From Mobula hypostoma (taxonomy: Eukaryota): DNA of 64,000 nucleotides. The translations under genes and the position numbers were made by a program. The stretch's first letter is position 1, and every line of letters starts with the position of its first letter. The notes under the pieces are model-generated. The model ran no database searches and was not told where the DNA came from. It saw nothing but the letters and a program-made list of their open reading frames with translations. Below, one piece after another: positions 1 to 12,399 of this stretch. The stretch lies in NCBI RefSeq assembly GCF_963921235.1, contig NC_086097.1:186808001-186872000 (forward strand), in the 5' to 3' direction.

Positions 1-191
1 TCCCCTATAATATCCTGCACTCAGCATGCTACATAAATGCTCCACATCTTGTTACTGAGCACATCTTACCACAATCTGCCCATCACCAGCCATCACGAAC
101 AGACTGTCCGTTATAACTATAGTGCAATTTATTGCTGCACTTGTATCTTCACAGCAGCGCTATCAGTAATATTTTATCTATATGATAAGAC

Positions 192-524
192 AGGGTGGCT
201 AGCACAATGTTTTATAGTACCAGCCACCTGCATTCAATTCCCACCGCTGCCCGTAAGGAGTTTGTACGTTCTCCCTGTGACTGCCCGTAAGGAGTTTGTA
301 CGTTCTCCCTGTGACTGTCCGTAAGGAGTTTGTACATTCTTCCTGTGACTGTGTGCTCTGGTTGCTTCGGTTTTCTCCCACAGTCCAAGGGCGTACCAGT
401 TAGTAGGTTAATTGGCCATTGTAAATTGTTCCATGATTTGGCTAGGGTTAAATTGGAGTTGCTGGGTGGCACAGCTCGAAGGATTGGAAGGGCTTACTTC
501 ATGCTGTATCTCATTAAATAAATA
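192..524 (+). mobile_element. V-SINE (HE1-like tRNA-derived SINE) with internal 34-bp triplication
   Basis: V-domain-like GTTTGTACGTTCTCCCTGTGAC...CGGTTTTCTCCCACAGTCCAAG; 3' end GAAGGG...TGCTGTATCTC followed by TAAATAAATA; related copies at 1050, 6255 and 17473. Confidence 0.75.
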
Positions 525-1049
525 GTTATCCCTTTTAGTGTATATTCCATTGTTTCTAGGATTACATCCTGACTTCTAAGTGAAACAGTATTATAACAGC
601 TTGTTGTATCCAAAAGCCTTTGATTCAATTATGTTCACTCATCATTACAGAGTTGAGCTTGGTACACAAGCAAAATCATCTGACTCTAAGTCTATGTTGA
701 TTGCCATTTCATATGCTTCTTCATATAGCCTTTTCCTACTCAGAATCAATATTGTTTTCATTTGTTTTAAACTAAGTGGGGTAATAACTGGCCTATTTCT
801 CCATAAATGCTGCATGATGCATTGACAATTTCCTGTAAATGCTGGAAACAGTACAAGCCAAGCAGCATTTCTAGAAAGAGAAACAGTAAACTAACACATT
901 AGTTATTCAGAGGGTACTCTGGATTGGCTGCACACCCATAAACCTGACTTGACCATAAATGAGTCTATTTTAAGTGTGCTACATCTTTTGTATTCATTAT
1001 TTCTCATTGAAGTTAAACAAAACATTAGCATCACTGCAACAATGAAGTA

Positions 1050-1203
1050 GGGCGCCGCAATAGCGTAGCAGTTAGTGTGACGCTATTACAGCTTGGTGCA
1101 TCGGAGTTCAATTCTGATCTCATCCATAAGGAGTCAGTGTTTCCTCTCCATGCAATGTGTGGGTTTTCTTCGGGTGTTCTGGTTTCCTTCCACAGTCCAA
1201 AGT
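1050..1203 (+). mobile_element. V-SINE 5' half, interrupted by the CR1 at 1206-4829
   Basis: tRNA-like head (TAGCGTAGCAGTTAG...GGAGTTCAATTC) then GGGTTTTCTTCGGGTGTTCTGGTTTCCTTCCACAGTCCAAAG; the collinear remainder resumes at about 4830. Confidence 0.75.
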
Positions 1204-1205
1204 CT

Positions 1206-4200
1206 ATAAGACCATAAGACAAAGGAGCAGAAGTCGGCCATTCGACCCATCGAGTCTACTCCGCCTTCTTATCATGAGTTAATCCATTCTCCCATTTAGT
1301 CCCACTCCCCTGCCTTCTCACCATAACCTTTGATGCCCTGGCTACTCAGATACCTATCAATCTCTGCTTTAAATACACCCAGCGACTTGGCCTCCACTGC
1401 TGCCCGTGGCAACAAATTCCATAGATTCACCACCCTCTGACTAAAAACATTTCTTCGCATTTCTGTTCTGAATGGGTGCCCTTCAATCCTTAAGTCATGC
1501 CCTCTCGTACTAGACTCCCCCATCATGGGAAACAACTTTGCCACATCCACTCTGTCCATGCCTTTCAACATTCGAAATGTTTCTATGAGGTCTCCCCTCA
1601 TTCTTCTAAACTCCAGGGAATACAGTCCAAGAGCGGACTAAGATTCCTTATATGTTAACCCTCTCATTCCTGAAATCATTCTACTGAATCTTCTCTGTAC
1701 CCTCTCCAACATCCTTTCTTAAATAAGGAGACCAAAACTGCCCACAATACTCCAAGTGAGGTCTCACCAGCGCCTTATAGAGCCTCAACATCACATCTCT
1801 GCTCCTATACTCTATTCCTCTAGAAATAAATGCCAACATTGCATTCGCCTTCTTCACCACCGACTCAACCTGGAGGTTAACCTTAAGGGTATCCTGTACG
1901 AGGACTCCCAAGACCCGTTGAATCTCAGAACTTTGAATTCTTTCCCCATTTAAAGAATAGTCTGCCCATTTATTTCTTCTGCCAAAGTGCATAACCATAC
2001 ACTTTCCAACATTGTACTTCATTTGCCACTTCTTTGCCCATTCTTCCAATCTATCCAAGTCTCTCTGCAGACTCTCCATTTCCTCAGCACTACCAGCCCC
2101 TCCACCTATCTTCATATCGTCAGCAAACTTAGCCACAAAGCCATCTATTCCATAATCCAAATCGGTGATGTACAATGTAAAAAGAAGCGGCCCCAACACG
2201 GACCCCTGTGGAACACCACTGGTAACCGGCAGCCAACCAGAATAGGATCCCTTTATTCCCACTCTCTGTTTCCTGCCAATCAGCCAACGCTCTATCCACG
2301 TATGTAACTTTCCCGTAATTCCATGGGCTCTTATCTTGTTAAGTAGCCTCATGTGTGGCACCTTGTCAAAGACCTTCTGAAAATCCAAATATACAACATC
2401 CACTGCATCTCTCTTGTCTAGCCTATTTGTAATTTCCTCAAAAAATTGTAATAGGTTTGTCAGGCAGGATTTTCCTTTAAGAGGTCCATGCTGAGTTCTG
2501 CCTACCTTGTCATATGCCTCCAGGTACTCGTAACCTCATCCTTGACAATCGACTCCAACAACTTCCCAACCACCGATGTCAAGCTAACAAGTCTATAATT
2601 TCCTTTTGGCTTCCTTGCCACCTTCTTAAATAGCGGAGTGACATTTGCAATCTTCCAGTCCTCCGGAACCATGCCAGAATCTATTGACTTTTGAAAGATC
2701 ATCGCTAATGCCTCTGCAATCTCCACAGCTACTTCCTTCAGAACACAAGGGTGCATTCCATCTGGTCCAGGAGATTTATCTACCTTTACACTCTTCAGCT
2801 TTCTGAGTACTTTCTCTGTCATAATTGTGACTGCGCATACTTCTCTTCCCTGCCACCCTTGAGTGTCAGGTATACTGCTGATGTCTTCCTCAGTGAAGAC
2901 TGATGCAAAATACTCGTTCAGTTCCTCTGCCATCTCCTTATCCCCCATTACAATTTCTCCAGTGTCATTTTCTATCGGTCTGATATCTACTCTCACCTGT
3001 CTTTTACTCTTTATATATTGAAAAAGCTTTTAGTATCCTCTTTGATATTATTTGCTAGCTTCCTTTCATAGTTAATCTTTCTCCTCTTAATGACCTTCTT
3101 AGTTTCCTTTTGTAAGCTTTTAAAAACTTCCCAATCCCAGTCTTCCCACTAATTTTTGCTTCCTTGTACGCCCTCTCCTTTGCTTTAACTTTGACTTTGA
3201 CTTCTCTTGTCAACCACGGTTGAATCTCTTTTCCATTTGAAAATTTCTTCTTTTTTGGAATATACCTGTCTTGCACCTTCCTCACTTCTCGCATAAACTC
3301 CAGCCACTGCTGCTCTGCCGTCTTTCCCGCCAGTGTCCCTTTCCAGTCAACTTTGGCCGGTTCCTCTCTCATGCCACTGTAATTTCCTTTACTCCACTGA
3401 AATACCAACGCATCAGATTTCGGCTTCTCTTTTTCAAATTTCACAGTGAACTCAATTATGTTATGATCACTGCCTCCTAAGGGTTCCTTCACCTCAATCT
3501 CTCTAATCACCTCCGGTTCATTACACAATACCCAATCCAGTACAGCCGATCCCCTAGTGGGCTCAACAACAAGCTGTTCTAAAAAGCAGTCTCGCAGACA
3601 TTCTACAAATTCTCTCTCTTGAGATCCAGTGCCGACCTGATTTTCCCAATCCACTCGCATGTTAAAATCCCCCACAATTATCATAACACTGCCCTTCTGA
3701 CAAGCCTTTTTTATTTCCTGTTGTAATTTGTAGTCCACATCACTGTAGCTGTTTGGAGGCCTATAAGTAACTGCCATCAGGGTCCTTTTACCCCTCCGAT
3801 TTCATAGCTCAACCCATAAAGATTCTGTACCTTCCGATACTATATCACCGCTTTCTAATGATTTAATATCATTTCTTACCAATAAAGCCACGCCTCCCCT
3901 CTGCCTACCTTCCTATCCTTCCGATACACCATGTATCCTTGGATGTTCAGCTCCCAGAGACATGCATCCTTTAGCCACGTCTCAGTGATGGCCACAATAT
4001 CATACCTGCCAATCTGTAGCTGTACGACAAGATCATCCACCTTATTCCTTATTCTGCTTGCATTTAAGTATAACACCTTAAGACCAGTATTTGGTCCTTT
4101 TCCCTTTGATTTCACTGCAACTTTATTGCACTGCAACTCATCCCAAAGGCTACAAATTTGCCCCATCACCTGCCTGTCTTTCCTGACATCTTTACTGCTC

Positions 4201-4829
4201 ACTATCTTAGATTTATTTCTGTTTTCCCCTTCCTCCGCTCTATCATTCCGGTTCCCATCCCCCTGCCAAATTAGTTTAAACCCTCCCTAATAGCTCTATT
4301 AAACTTTCCCATTGGGATATTGGTCCCCTTCGGGTTCAGGTGTAACCTGTCTATTTTGAATAGGTCATACTTCCCCCAGAAGAGATCCGAATTATCCAAG
4401 AATCTGAAGCCCTGCCCCCTGCACCAGTCTCTCAGCCATGCATTCATCTGCCTGATCCTACCATTCTTGCCCTTGCTAGCACAGGTAGCAATCCCAAGAT
4501 TACTACTCTGGAGGTCCTGCTTCTCAGCTTCCTTCCTAACTGCCAGAAATCTTTCTTCAGGACCTCCTCCTTACCAACATGTACCAAGACAACTGGCTGC
4601 TCACCTCCCCCTTCAGAATATTTTGACCCGATCCGAGACATCCCGTACCCTGGAACCTGGGAGGCAACACACTGTGCGGGTATCTCTATCAGGCTCACAG
4701 AATCTCCTGTCCGTTCCCTTGACTATGGAATCCCCTATGACTACTGCATTCCTCTTCTCCCTCCTTCTCTCCTGTGCATAACAGCTCCAGGCTCAGTGCC
4801 AGAGACCTGGTCACCATGGGCGTGACCTG
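1206..4829 (-). mobile_element. CR1 LINE, decayed: partial ORF1 esterase plus ORF2 (APE endonuclease and RT)
   Basis: Minus-strand ORF fragments: YLNASRIRNK...VAITETWL, VTYRPPNS...GSDHN (APE); [37 protein letters not shown] (RT); (TCTTATGG)n tail at 1207-1220. Confidence 0.95.
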
Positions 4830-4950
4830 TTGTTAGGTTAATTGATCAATGTTAATTGTCCCATGATTAGGTTAAGATTAAGTTGGAGTTGCTGGGTGGT
4901 GCGACTCAAAGAGTCAGAAGGGCCCATTCTATGCTGTATCTCTAAATACT
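4830..4950 (+). mobile_element. V-SINE 3' half
   Basis: GTTAGGTTAATTGATCAATGTTAATTGTCCCATGATTAGG...GAAGGGCCCATTCTATGCTGTATCTCTAAATA matches 400-524 of the first SINE copy. Confidence 0.75.
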
Positions 4951-6254
4951 TTAAGTAAATGATAGCAGTGATTATTCCAAATGTAACAGCTATGAGAGCT
5001 TATTCTGAAAACAGACTTGAAAACTGTCTTTATTATTCAAAGAAGCTTCACTTTGCAAGGGTGAGAAAACATGTGTTGCCAAAATGGAGAAAAACGACAA
5101 AATACAGTTGTCATCAAATCTAATATCCATTGGTGAGATCGGGACCTAAACTATTTAACAGAATTCATTGATGCATTGCTCTATCCAGTTAAAACCATTA
5201 TTTGAAATTCTGGATTGAAACACACAGCCAACTGTCATTTTTTATTGTTATCCAATACTGGACAAAATGCTTGAATAAATTACATCAATTTAGGGGTTGT
5301 ATGTTGGAGAATGCAGTCTTTCTCCATGCAAAGAGTAATATCAGCACCAAAGCCAGAAATTTGTTCCTGCAAATTTAACTGTCAAAATCTTCTGACTCAG
5401 CAGTTTCTTCCGTGAATAAATAAAATATGCTGTATGATAACAGAAAATTAGTTTAACAGGAAACTGCAATCAACTAAATATAAACCTGGAAAATACAAAT
5501 GTTTACTAACCAGAATTTGGCATATAAACCAGTGTCTTCAAAGTCCCATGCATCAGGAAGACCTAGAAAGAGAGGCCTTATTTTCACCTGTTAGTCCTAC
5601 TGGCTCTGGCACAATAGAGAAAATGGAAGATATAGTGCCCTTGAACATCAGCAAACCACAAATAACCAAGTTCCAGTTAACTATTGAAGTCAAAAACACT
5701 GGGCATAAAGTGTCAAGAACATAACTTTAAAACTCTTATTTAATGAAATGAAAAGGAACAAAATAACATACTTTCAAAAAAATTGAAAGTATATTAAGAA
5801 ATATCTTAGTAATAGTTAATTGAGAGTTATGCATGAAGGTGAATAAGACTATACGAAAACCAGGGCTAAGCAGGGATTGGTCAGTAAGATCTATGGTCTG
5901 CTGAAGAGGGCTAGATAGTTTCAAAGAAAGCATGTAACCTGCCATACGTAATTGGAGGAGATGATTAAAACCCAGAGTATTTTGGGGAAAGATTGAGCTG
6001 GAGGGAGGATTTGGTAATGAGGGATGTTGGGCAGATGAGTGGGTCAGTAGGGTGTTTGAATAGATCTTTTGGTAAAAGGAAGGTTGATGCGTGGGAAGAA
6101 ATTACAGTATTACTGCACAGAAATGGAGCCTTCAGCCAACTGAGTCTATTCTGGCGATCAACTACCCATGTTGTACCTTGATTCTTTGTATTCTCTGTAT
6201 ATTCCTATTAACTATCTCCATCAGCAGCTCCCTGCACCAATTCTGGCACTCATC

Positions 6255-6420
6255 TGCACACTGGGAAAAATTTAGAGTGACCAATTAACCCATCAACCTG
6301 CATATTTTTGGCATGTGTGAAGAAACCAGAGCACCCAGAGGAAGCACAGAGAATATACAAACTCCATTCAAACACAATGGAATGTGACTAGAACTGAGAG
6401 GCAGCTTCACCACAGTGTTG
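6255..6420 (-). mobile_element. Degenerate V-SINE
   Basis: CCAATTAACC...TGTGAAGAAACCAGAGCACCCAGAGGAAGC is the reverse complement of the V-SINE core. Confidence 0.55.
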
Positions 6421-6454
6421 ACCTCAAAAGGACCAACAACAAAGAAGATATCTA

Positions 6455-6590
6455 AAACACGAGGAAATCTGCAGGTGCTGGAAATTCAAGCAACACACAC
6501 AAAAAATGCTGGTGAATGCTGCAGGCCAGGCAGCATCTATAGGAAGAGGTACAGTCCACGTTTCGGGCCGAGACCTTTCGTCAGGACGAC
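6455..6590 (-). mobile_element. Short Penelope-like terminal-repeat fragment with hammerhead motif
   Basis: Matches the 3' end of the PLE copies at 21958 and 25472; flanked by duplicated AAGATATCTA; reads GTC-CTGACGA-AAGGTCTCGGCCC-GAAAC-GTG-GACTG on the minus strand. Confidence 0.8.
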
Positions 6591-8439
6591 AAAGATATCT
6601 AGTTGGGATAAAATTGACTTAAACTCTCTGGGAGCTGCCTAATTAAGGTTTGGCTCTTTAACCAACACTAAAAACAGAGAAAATGTGTTTACGGTCTTTT
6701 CCTTTGCCAGCAAAACCAAATGTGTAAGTTATTTACATAATGAATATTTAGTGTTTAAGGAAAATGTAGTTTACCTTCATTTGCTAAGATGGAGGAAAGT
6801 TAAGGCGATGCTATTCCTTTTCCTTATACAGTGTCAACCGTCACTGTATCTGCTCATTGGTTATGGATTCTCTGTATCTAAAACAAATTTAGAAGCATAA
6901 AATTAGAAAGATGAAGCCCATTTAATTGAAACAAATTTAAGAATGCTCTCTGATGGCTGAAAATGCTCAAGAGGGAGTTTAAATTAGTAAGATAGATCAT
7001 TTAAATGAATTGTGCTACCACCCACTATCACCTTTTGTCTTTTGCACCTGACCTGCTGCTGGCTGGCATCTCCTTTGAATAGAATGTTACAGTTAACTTA
7101 TACGGTTGTGTTTAAATTCAAACAGCCAGTCTCAGCCTGAAGTAAGCATAGAACAAATTACAAGTTAAATTGAGGGGAAAAATTGGCAGCAGTTCAATAA
7201 ACATGACAACTTATTGGATGTATTTACCAAGAAATAAAGCAGAATTTTTTGCTCTCTGTGTTTGGTTAATGATTTCCCATAGGTGTTAAATTGGCTGTTA
7301 AACTGGAACGGAAGTTGGAGAAATGTACTGGAGGTTAAATTTGAAAAGCAAAAAAGTAATGAAGAGCTAGGATATGGGTAAAATAAACTAAATGGGTTTG
7401 TGAAGATAATAGTATTTTACTACAGTGAGATAATGCCTGAGGTGATAAAAGGGAAGAACAAAAAGAAAGTCAATGCTAAAGAGACTAAATTCAAATTTGT
7501 GAAGTGAGAAAATAAATAAATTTATAGCACTATAGAAAAAAATTGATTTGATCTAATAGCCAGTCCAGACATTTGGTTACATAAGGATCAATATTGGAAA
7601 TTGGGTATTTTTAATTAAATTTGATAAGATAAAATTGTGTTCTGTGCTCGGTGTCAGATGTGGGAAGTCCTGGAGTCTCCCAGCCTCCCGGACGGCCATA
7701 TCTGCACCCGGTGTGTTGAGCTGCAGCTCCTAAGGGACCGCGTTAGGGAACTGGAGTTGCAGCTCGATGACCTTCGTCTGGACAGGGAGAGTGAGGAGAT
7801 GATAGAAAGGAGTTATAGGCAGGTGGTCACACTGGGGACACAGGAAACAGACAAGTGGGTAACAGTCAGGAGAGGGAAGGGGAAGAGTCAGGCACTAGAG
7901 AGTACCCCTGTGGCTGTCCCATTGAACAATAAGTACTCCTGTTTGAGTACTGTTGTTGGGTGGGGGGGGGGAACAGCCTACCTGGGGGAAGCAACAGTGG
8001 CCATGCCTCTGGCACAGAGTCCAGCCTTGTAGCTCAGAAGGGTAGGGAAAGGAAGAGAAAGCCATTAGCGATAGGGGACTCTATAGTTAGGGGGTCAGAC
8101 AGGAGATTCTGTGGATGCAGGAAAGAAACTCGGATGGTAGTTTGCTTCCTAGGTGCCAGGGTCTGGGATATTTCAGATCGCATCCACGATATCCTGCAGT
8201 AGGAGGGAGAACAGCTAGAGATCGTGGTACATATTGGTACCAATGACATAGGTAGGAAAAGGGAAGAGGTCCCGAAAACAGACTACAGGGAGTTAGGAAG
8301 GAGGTTGAGAAGCAGGACCACAAAGGTAGTAATCTCGGGATTACTGCCTGTGCCATGTGACAGTGAGTATAGGAATAGAATGAGGTGGAGGATAAATGCG
8401 TGGCTGAGGGATTGGAGCAGGGAACAGGGATTCAGATTT

Positions 8440-9166
8440 AGAACACAGAACATAGAATAGTACAGCACAATACAGGCCCTTCGGCCAACAATGTTGTACC
8501 AACCCTCAAACCATATAACCCCCCCACCTTAAATTCCTCCATATACCTGTCTAGTAGTCTCTTAAACTTCACTAGTGTATCTGCCTCCACCACTGACTCA
8601 GGCAGTGCATTCCACGCACAAACCACTCTCTGAGTAAAAAACCTTCCTCTAATATCCCCCTTGAACTTCCCACCCCTTACCTTAAAGCCATGTCCTCTTG
8701 TATTGAGCAGTGGTGCCCTGGGGAAGAGGCGCTGGCTATCCACTCTTATCTATTCCTCTTATTATCTTGTACACCTCTATCATGTCTCCTCTCATCCTCC
8801 TTCTGTCCAAAGAGTAAAGCCCTAGCTCCCTTCATCTCTGATCATAATGCATACTCTCTAAACCAGGCAGCATCCTGGTAAATCTCCTCTGTACCCTTTC
8901 CAATGCTTCCACATCCTTCCTATAGTGAGGCGGCCAGAACTGGACACAGTACTCCAAGTGTGGCCTAACCAGAGTTTTATAGAGCTGCATCATTACATTG
9001 CGACTCTTAAACTCTCTCCCTCGACTTATGAAAGCTAACACCCCATAAGCTTTCTTAACTACCCTATCTACCTGTGAGGGAACTTTCAGGGATCTGTGGA
9101 CATGTACCCCCAGATCCCTCTGCTCCTCCACACTACCACCCCCAGATCCCTCTACTCCTCCACACT
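8440..9166 (-). mobile_element. 5'-truncated CR1 nested antisense in ORF1 of the 7636-12249 CR1
   Basis: ORF2 C-terminus (LVRPHLEYCVQFW...QRRFTRM, FFTQRVV); host GGATTCAGATTT|CTGGATC split with GATTT duplicated at 8435-8439 and 9167-9171. Confidence 0.9.
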
Positions 9167-11074
9167 GATTTCTGGATCATTGGGACCTCTTTTGGGGCAG
9201 GTGTGACCTGTACAAAAAGGACGGATTACACTTGAATCCCAGGGGGACCAATATCCTGGTGGAGAGGTTTGCTAAGGCTATTGGGGAGAGTTTAAACTAG
9301 AATTGCTATGGGGTGGGAACCGAATTGAAGAGATGGAGGAAGAGGAGGTTGTCTCACAAATAGAGAAAGCTTGGAGACAGTGTTTGAGGGAGGATAGGCA
9401 GGTGGCAAAGAAAGGACACTCTCAGACTAACGGTTTGAGATGTGTCTGTTTTAAAGCAAGGAGTATTGTGAACAAAGCGGATGAACTTAGAATGTGGATC
9501 AGTACTTGGAGCTGTGATGTGGTGGCCATTACAGAGACTTGGATGGCTCAGGGGCAGGAATGATTACTTCAAGTACGGGGTTTTAGATGTTTTAGAAAGG
9601 ACAGGGAGGGAGGCAAAAGAGGTGGGAGCGTGGCACTGTTGATCAGAGATAGTGTCACAACTGCAAAAAAGGTGGACGCCATGGACGGATTGTCTACGGA
9701 GTCTCTGTGGGTGAAGGTTAGGAACAGGAAGGGGTCAATAACTCTACTGGGTGTTTTTTATAGGCCGCCCAAAAGTAACAGGGATATGGAGGAGCAGATA
9801 GGGAAACAGATCCTGGAAAGGTGTAATAATAACAGAGTTGTCGTGGTGGGGCATTTTAATTTCCCAAATATCGATTGGCATCTCCCTAGAGTAAGGGGTT
9901 TAGCTGGGGTGGAGTTGTTAGGTGTGTTCAGGAAGGTTTCTTGACACAATATGTAGATAAGCCTACAGGAGGAGAGACTGTATTGGGAAATGAACCTGGA
10001 CAGGTGTCAGATCTCTCAGTGGGAGAGCACTTTGGAGATAGTGATCATTTAGCATTGGAGAGAGATAGGAACAGACAATTTAGAAAAGCATTTAATTGGA
10101 GTAACGGGAATTATGAGGCTATCAGGCAGGAAGTTGGAAGATTAAATTGGGAACGTATATTCTCAGGGAAAGATACAGAAGAAATGTGGCAAATGTTCAG
10201 AGGATATTTGTGTGGAGTTCTGCTTAGGTACATTCCAATGAGACAGGGAAGTTATGGCAGGGTACAGGAACCGTGGTGTACAAAGGCTGTAATAAATCTA
10301 GTCAAGAAGAAAAGAAAAGCTTACAAAAGGTTCAGAGAGCTAGGTAATATTAGAGATCTAGAAGATTATAAGGCGAACAGGAAGGAGCTTAGGAAGGAAA
10401 TTAGGAGAGCCAGAAAGGGCCATGAGAAGGCCTTGGTGGGCAGGATTAAAGAAGACCCCAAGGCATTCTACAAGTATTTGAAGAGCAAGAGGGTAAGATA
10501 TGTAAGAATAGGAACTATCAAGTGTGACAGTGGGAAAGTGTGTATGGAACTGGAGGAAATAGCAGAGGTACTTAATGAATACTTTACTTCAGTATTCACT
10601 GTGGAAAAGGATCTTGGTGATTGTAGTGATGACTTGCAGCAGACTGAAAAGCTTGAGCATGTAGATATTAAGAAAGAGGATGTGCTGGAGCTTTTGGAAA
10701 GCATCAAGTTGGATAAGTCACCGGGACCGGATGAGATGTACCCCAGACTATTGTGGGAGGCGAGTGAGGAGATTGCTGATCATTGTTCTGGCAAAGATCC
10801 TCTGCATCATGACTGGAGACGGGAGAGGTTCCAGAGGATTGAAGGGTTGCTTGCGGTTGTTGTTCCCTTATTCAAGAAAGGGAGTAGAGATAGCCCAGGA
10901 AATTATAGACCAGTGAGTCTTTCTTCAGTGGTTGGTAAGCTGATGGAGAAGATCCTGAGGGGCAGGATTTATGAACATTTGGAGAGGTACAATATGATTA
11001 GGAATAGTCAGCATGGTTTTGTCAAATGCAGGTCGTGCCTTACGAGCCTGATTGAATTTTTTGAGGATGTGGCA

Positions 11075-11097
11075 TTAGGGTTAGGGTTAGGGTTAGG
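11075..11097 (+). repeat. Short interstitial telomeric repeat (TTAGGG)3TTAGG inside CR1 ORF2
   Basis: Exact vertebrate telomere units; absent from sister copies near 33271-33335 and 58245-58310. Confidence 0.9.
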
Positions 11098-12399
11098 CAA
11101 GGCATTTGATAAGGTACCCCATGCAAGGCTTATTGAGAAAGTAAGGAGGCATGGGATCCAAAGGGACATTGCTTTATATATCCAGAAGTGGTCTGCTCAC
11201 AGAAGGCAACAAGTGGTTGTGGACGGGTCATATTCTGCATGGAGGTCGGTGACCAGTGGTGTGCCTCAGTGATCTTTTCTGGGACCCTTACTCTTCGTGA
11301 TATTTTTAAATGCTCTGGATGAGGAAGTGGAGGGATGGGTTAGTAAGTTTTCTGATGACACAAAGGTTGGGGGTGTTGTGGATAGTGTAGAGGGCTGTCA
11401 GAGGTTGCAGCGGGACATTGATAGGATTCAAAACTGGGTTGAGAGTGGCAGATGGAGTTCAACCCAGATAAGTGTAAAGTGGTTCATTTTGGTTGGTAAA
11501 ATATGATGGCAGAATATAGTATTAATGGTAAGACTCTTGGCAGCGTGGAGGATCAAAGGGATATTGAGGTCCAAGTCCATAGGACACTCAAAGCAGCTGC
11601 GCAGGTTGACTCTGTAGTTAAGAAGGCATACGGTGTATTGGCCTTCATTAATCATGGAATTGAATTTAGGAGCCGAGAGGTAATGTTGCAGCTATATAGG
11701 ACCTTGGTCAGACCCCACTTGGAGTACTATGCTCAGTTCTGGTCACCTCACTACAGGAAGGATGTGGAAACCATAGAAAGGGTGCAGAGGAGATTTACAA
11801 GGATGTTGCCTGGATTAGGGAGCATGCCTTATGAAAACAGGTTGCGTGATCTCGCCTTTTCTCCTTGGAGCGACGGAGGATGAGAGGTGACCTGATAGAG
11901 GTGTATAAGATGATGAGAGGCATTGATTGTGTGGATAGTCAGAGGCTTTTTCCCAGGGCTGAAGTAGCTGCCACAAGAGGGCACAGGTTTAAGGTGCTTG
12001 GGAGTAGGTACAGAGGAGATGTCTGGGGTAAGTTTTTTTACACAGAGAGTGGTGAGTGCGTGGAATGGGCTGCCGGCAACAGTGGTGGAGGTGGATATGA
12101 TAGGGTCTTTTAAAGACTTTTGGATACATGGAGATTAGAAAAATAGAGTGCTAGGGGTAACCTTCGTAATTTCTACGGTGGGGACATTTTCGGCACAACT
12201 TTGTGGACCGAAGGGCCTGTATTGTGCTGTAGGTTTTCTATGTTTCTCTAAAATGGCAAAGGGGTTGGAAAATGAGAAAGATGTGGGTACGAATAAAAAT
12301 GCACTATCAATTGAAGTGCAACTAACTGGAACTAAAACACAGAGAAAGCATGGTAGTTTATGAGTCTTCTAAAAATAGATGCAATCTTGGGGAGGGTAT

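Larger units (their letters stand above)
7636..12249 (+). mobile_element. Near full-length CR1 LINE (ORF1 Cys motif, coiled coil and SGNH esterase; ORF2 APE-RT), decayed
   Basis: ORF1: CARC...HICTRC, LRDRVRELELQL, IGDSIVRG, VHIGTND, VISGLLP, DGLHLN. ORF2: VAITETW, YRPP, SDH, KSPGPD, SGVPQ, KFSDD. TTTCTATGTTTCT tail at about 12235-12248. Confidence 0.95.

Noticed and set aside
251..352. CRISPR-like array
   Set aside because: Units are directly tandem with no unique spacers, lie inside a SINE, and the DNA is eukaryotic.
1050..1125. tRNA gene
   Set aside because: A/B-box-like head of a SINE; no complete cloverleaf, and it continues directly into the V-domain.
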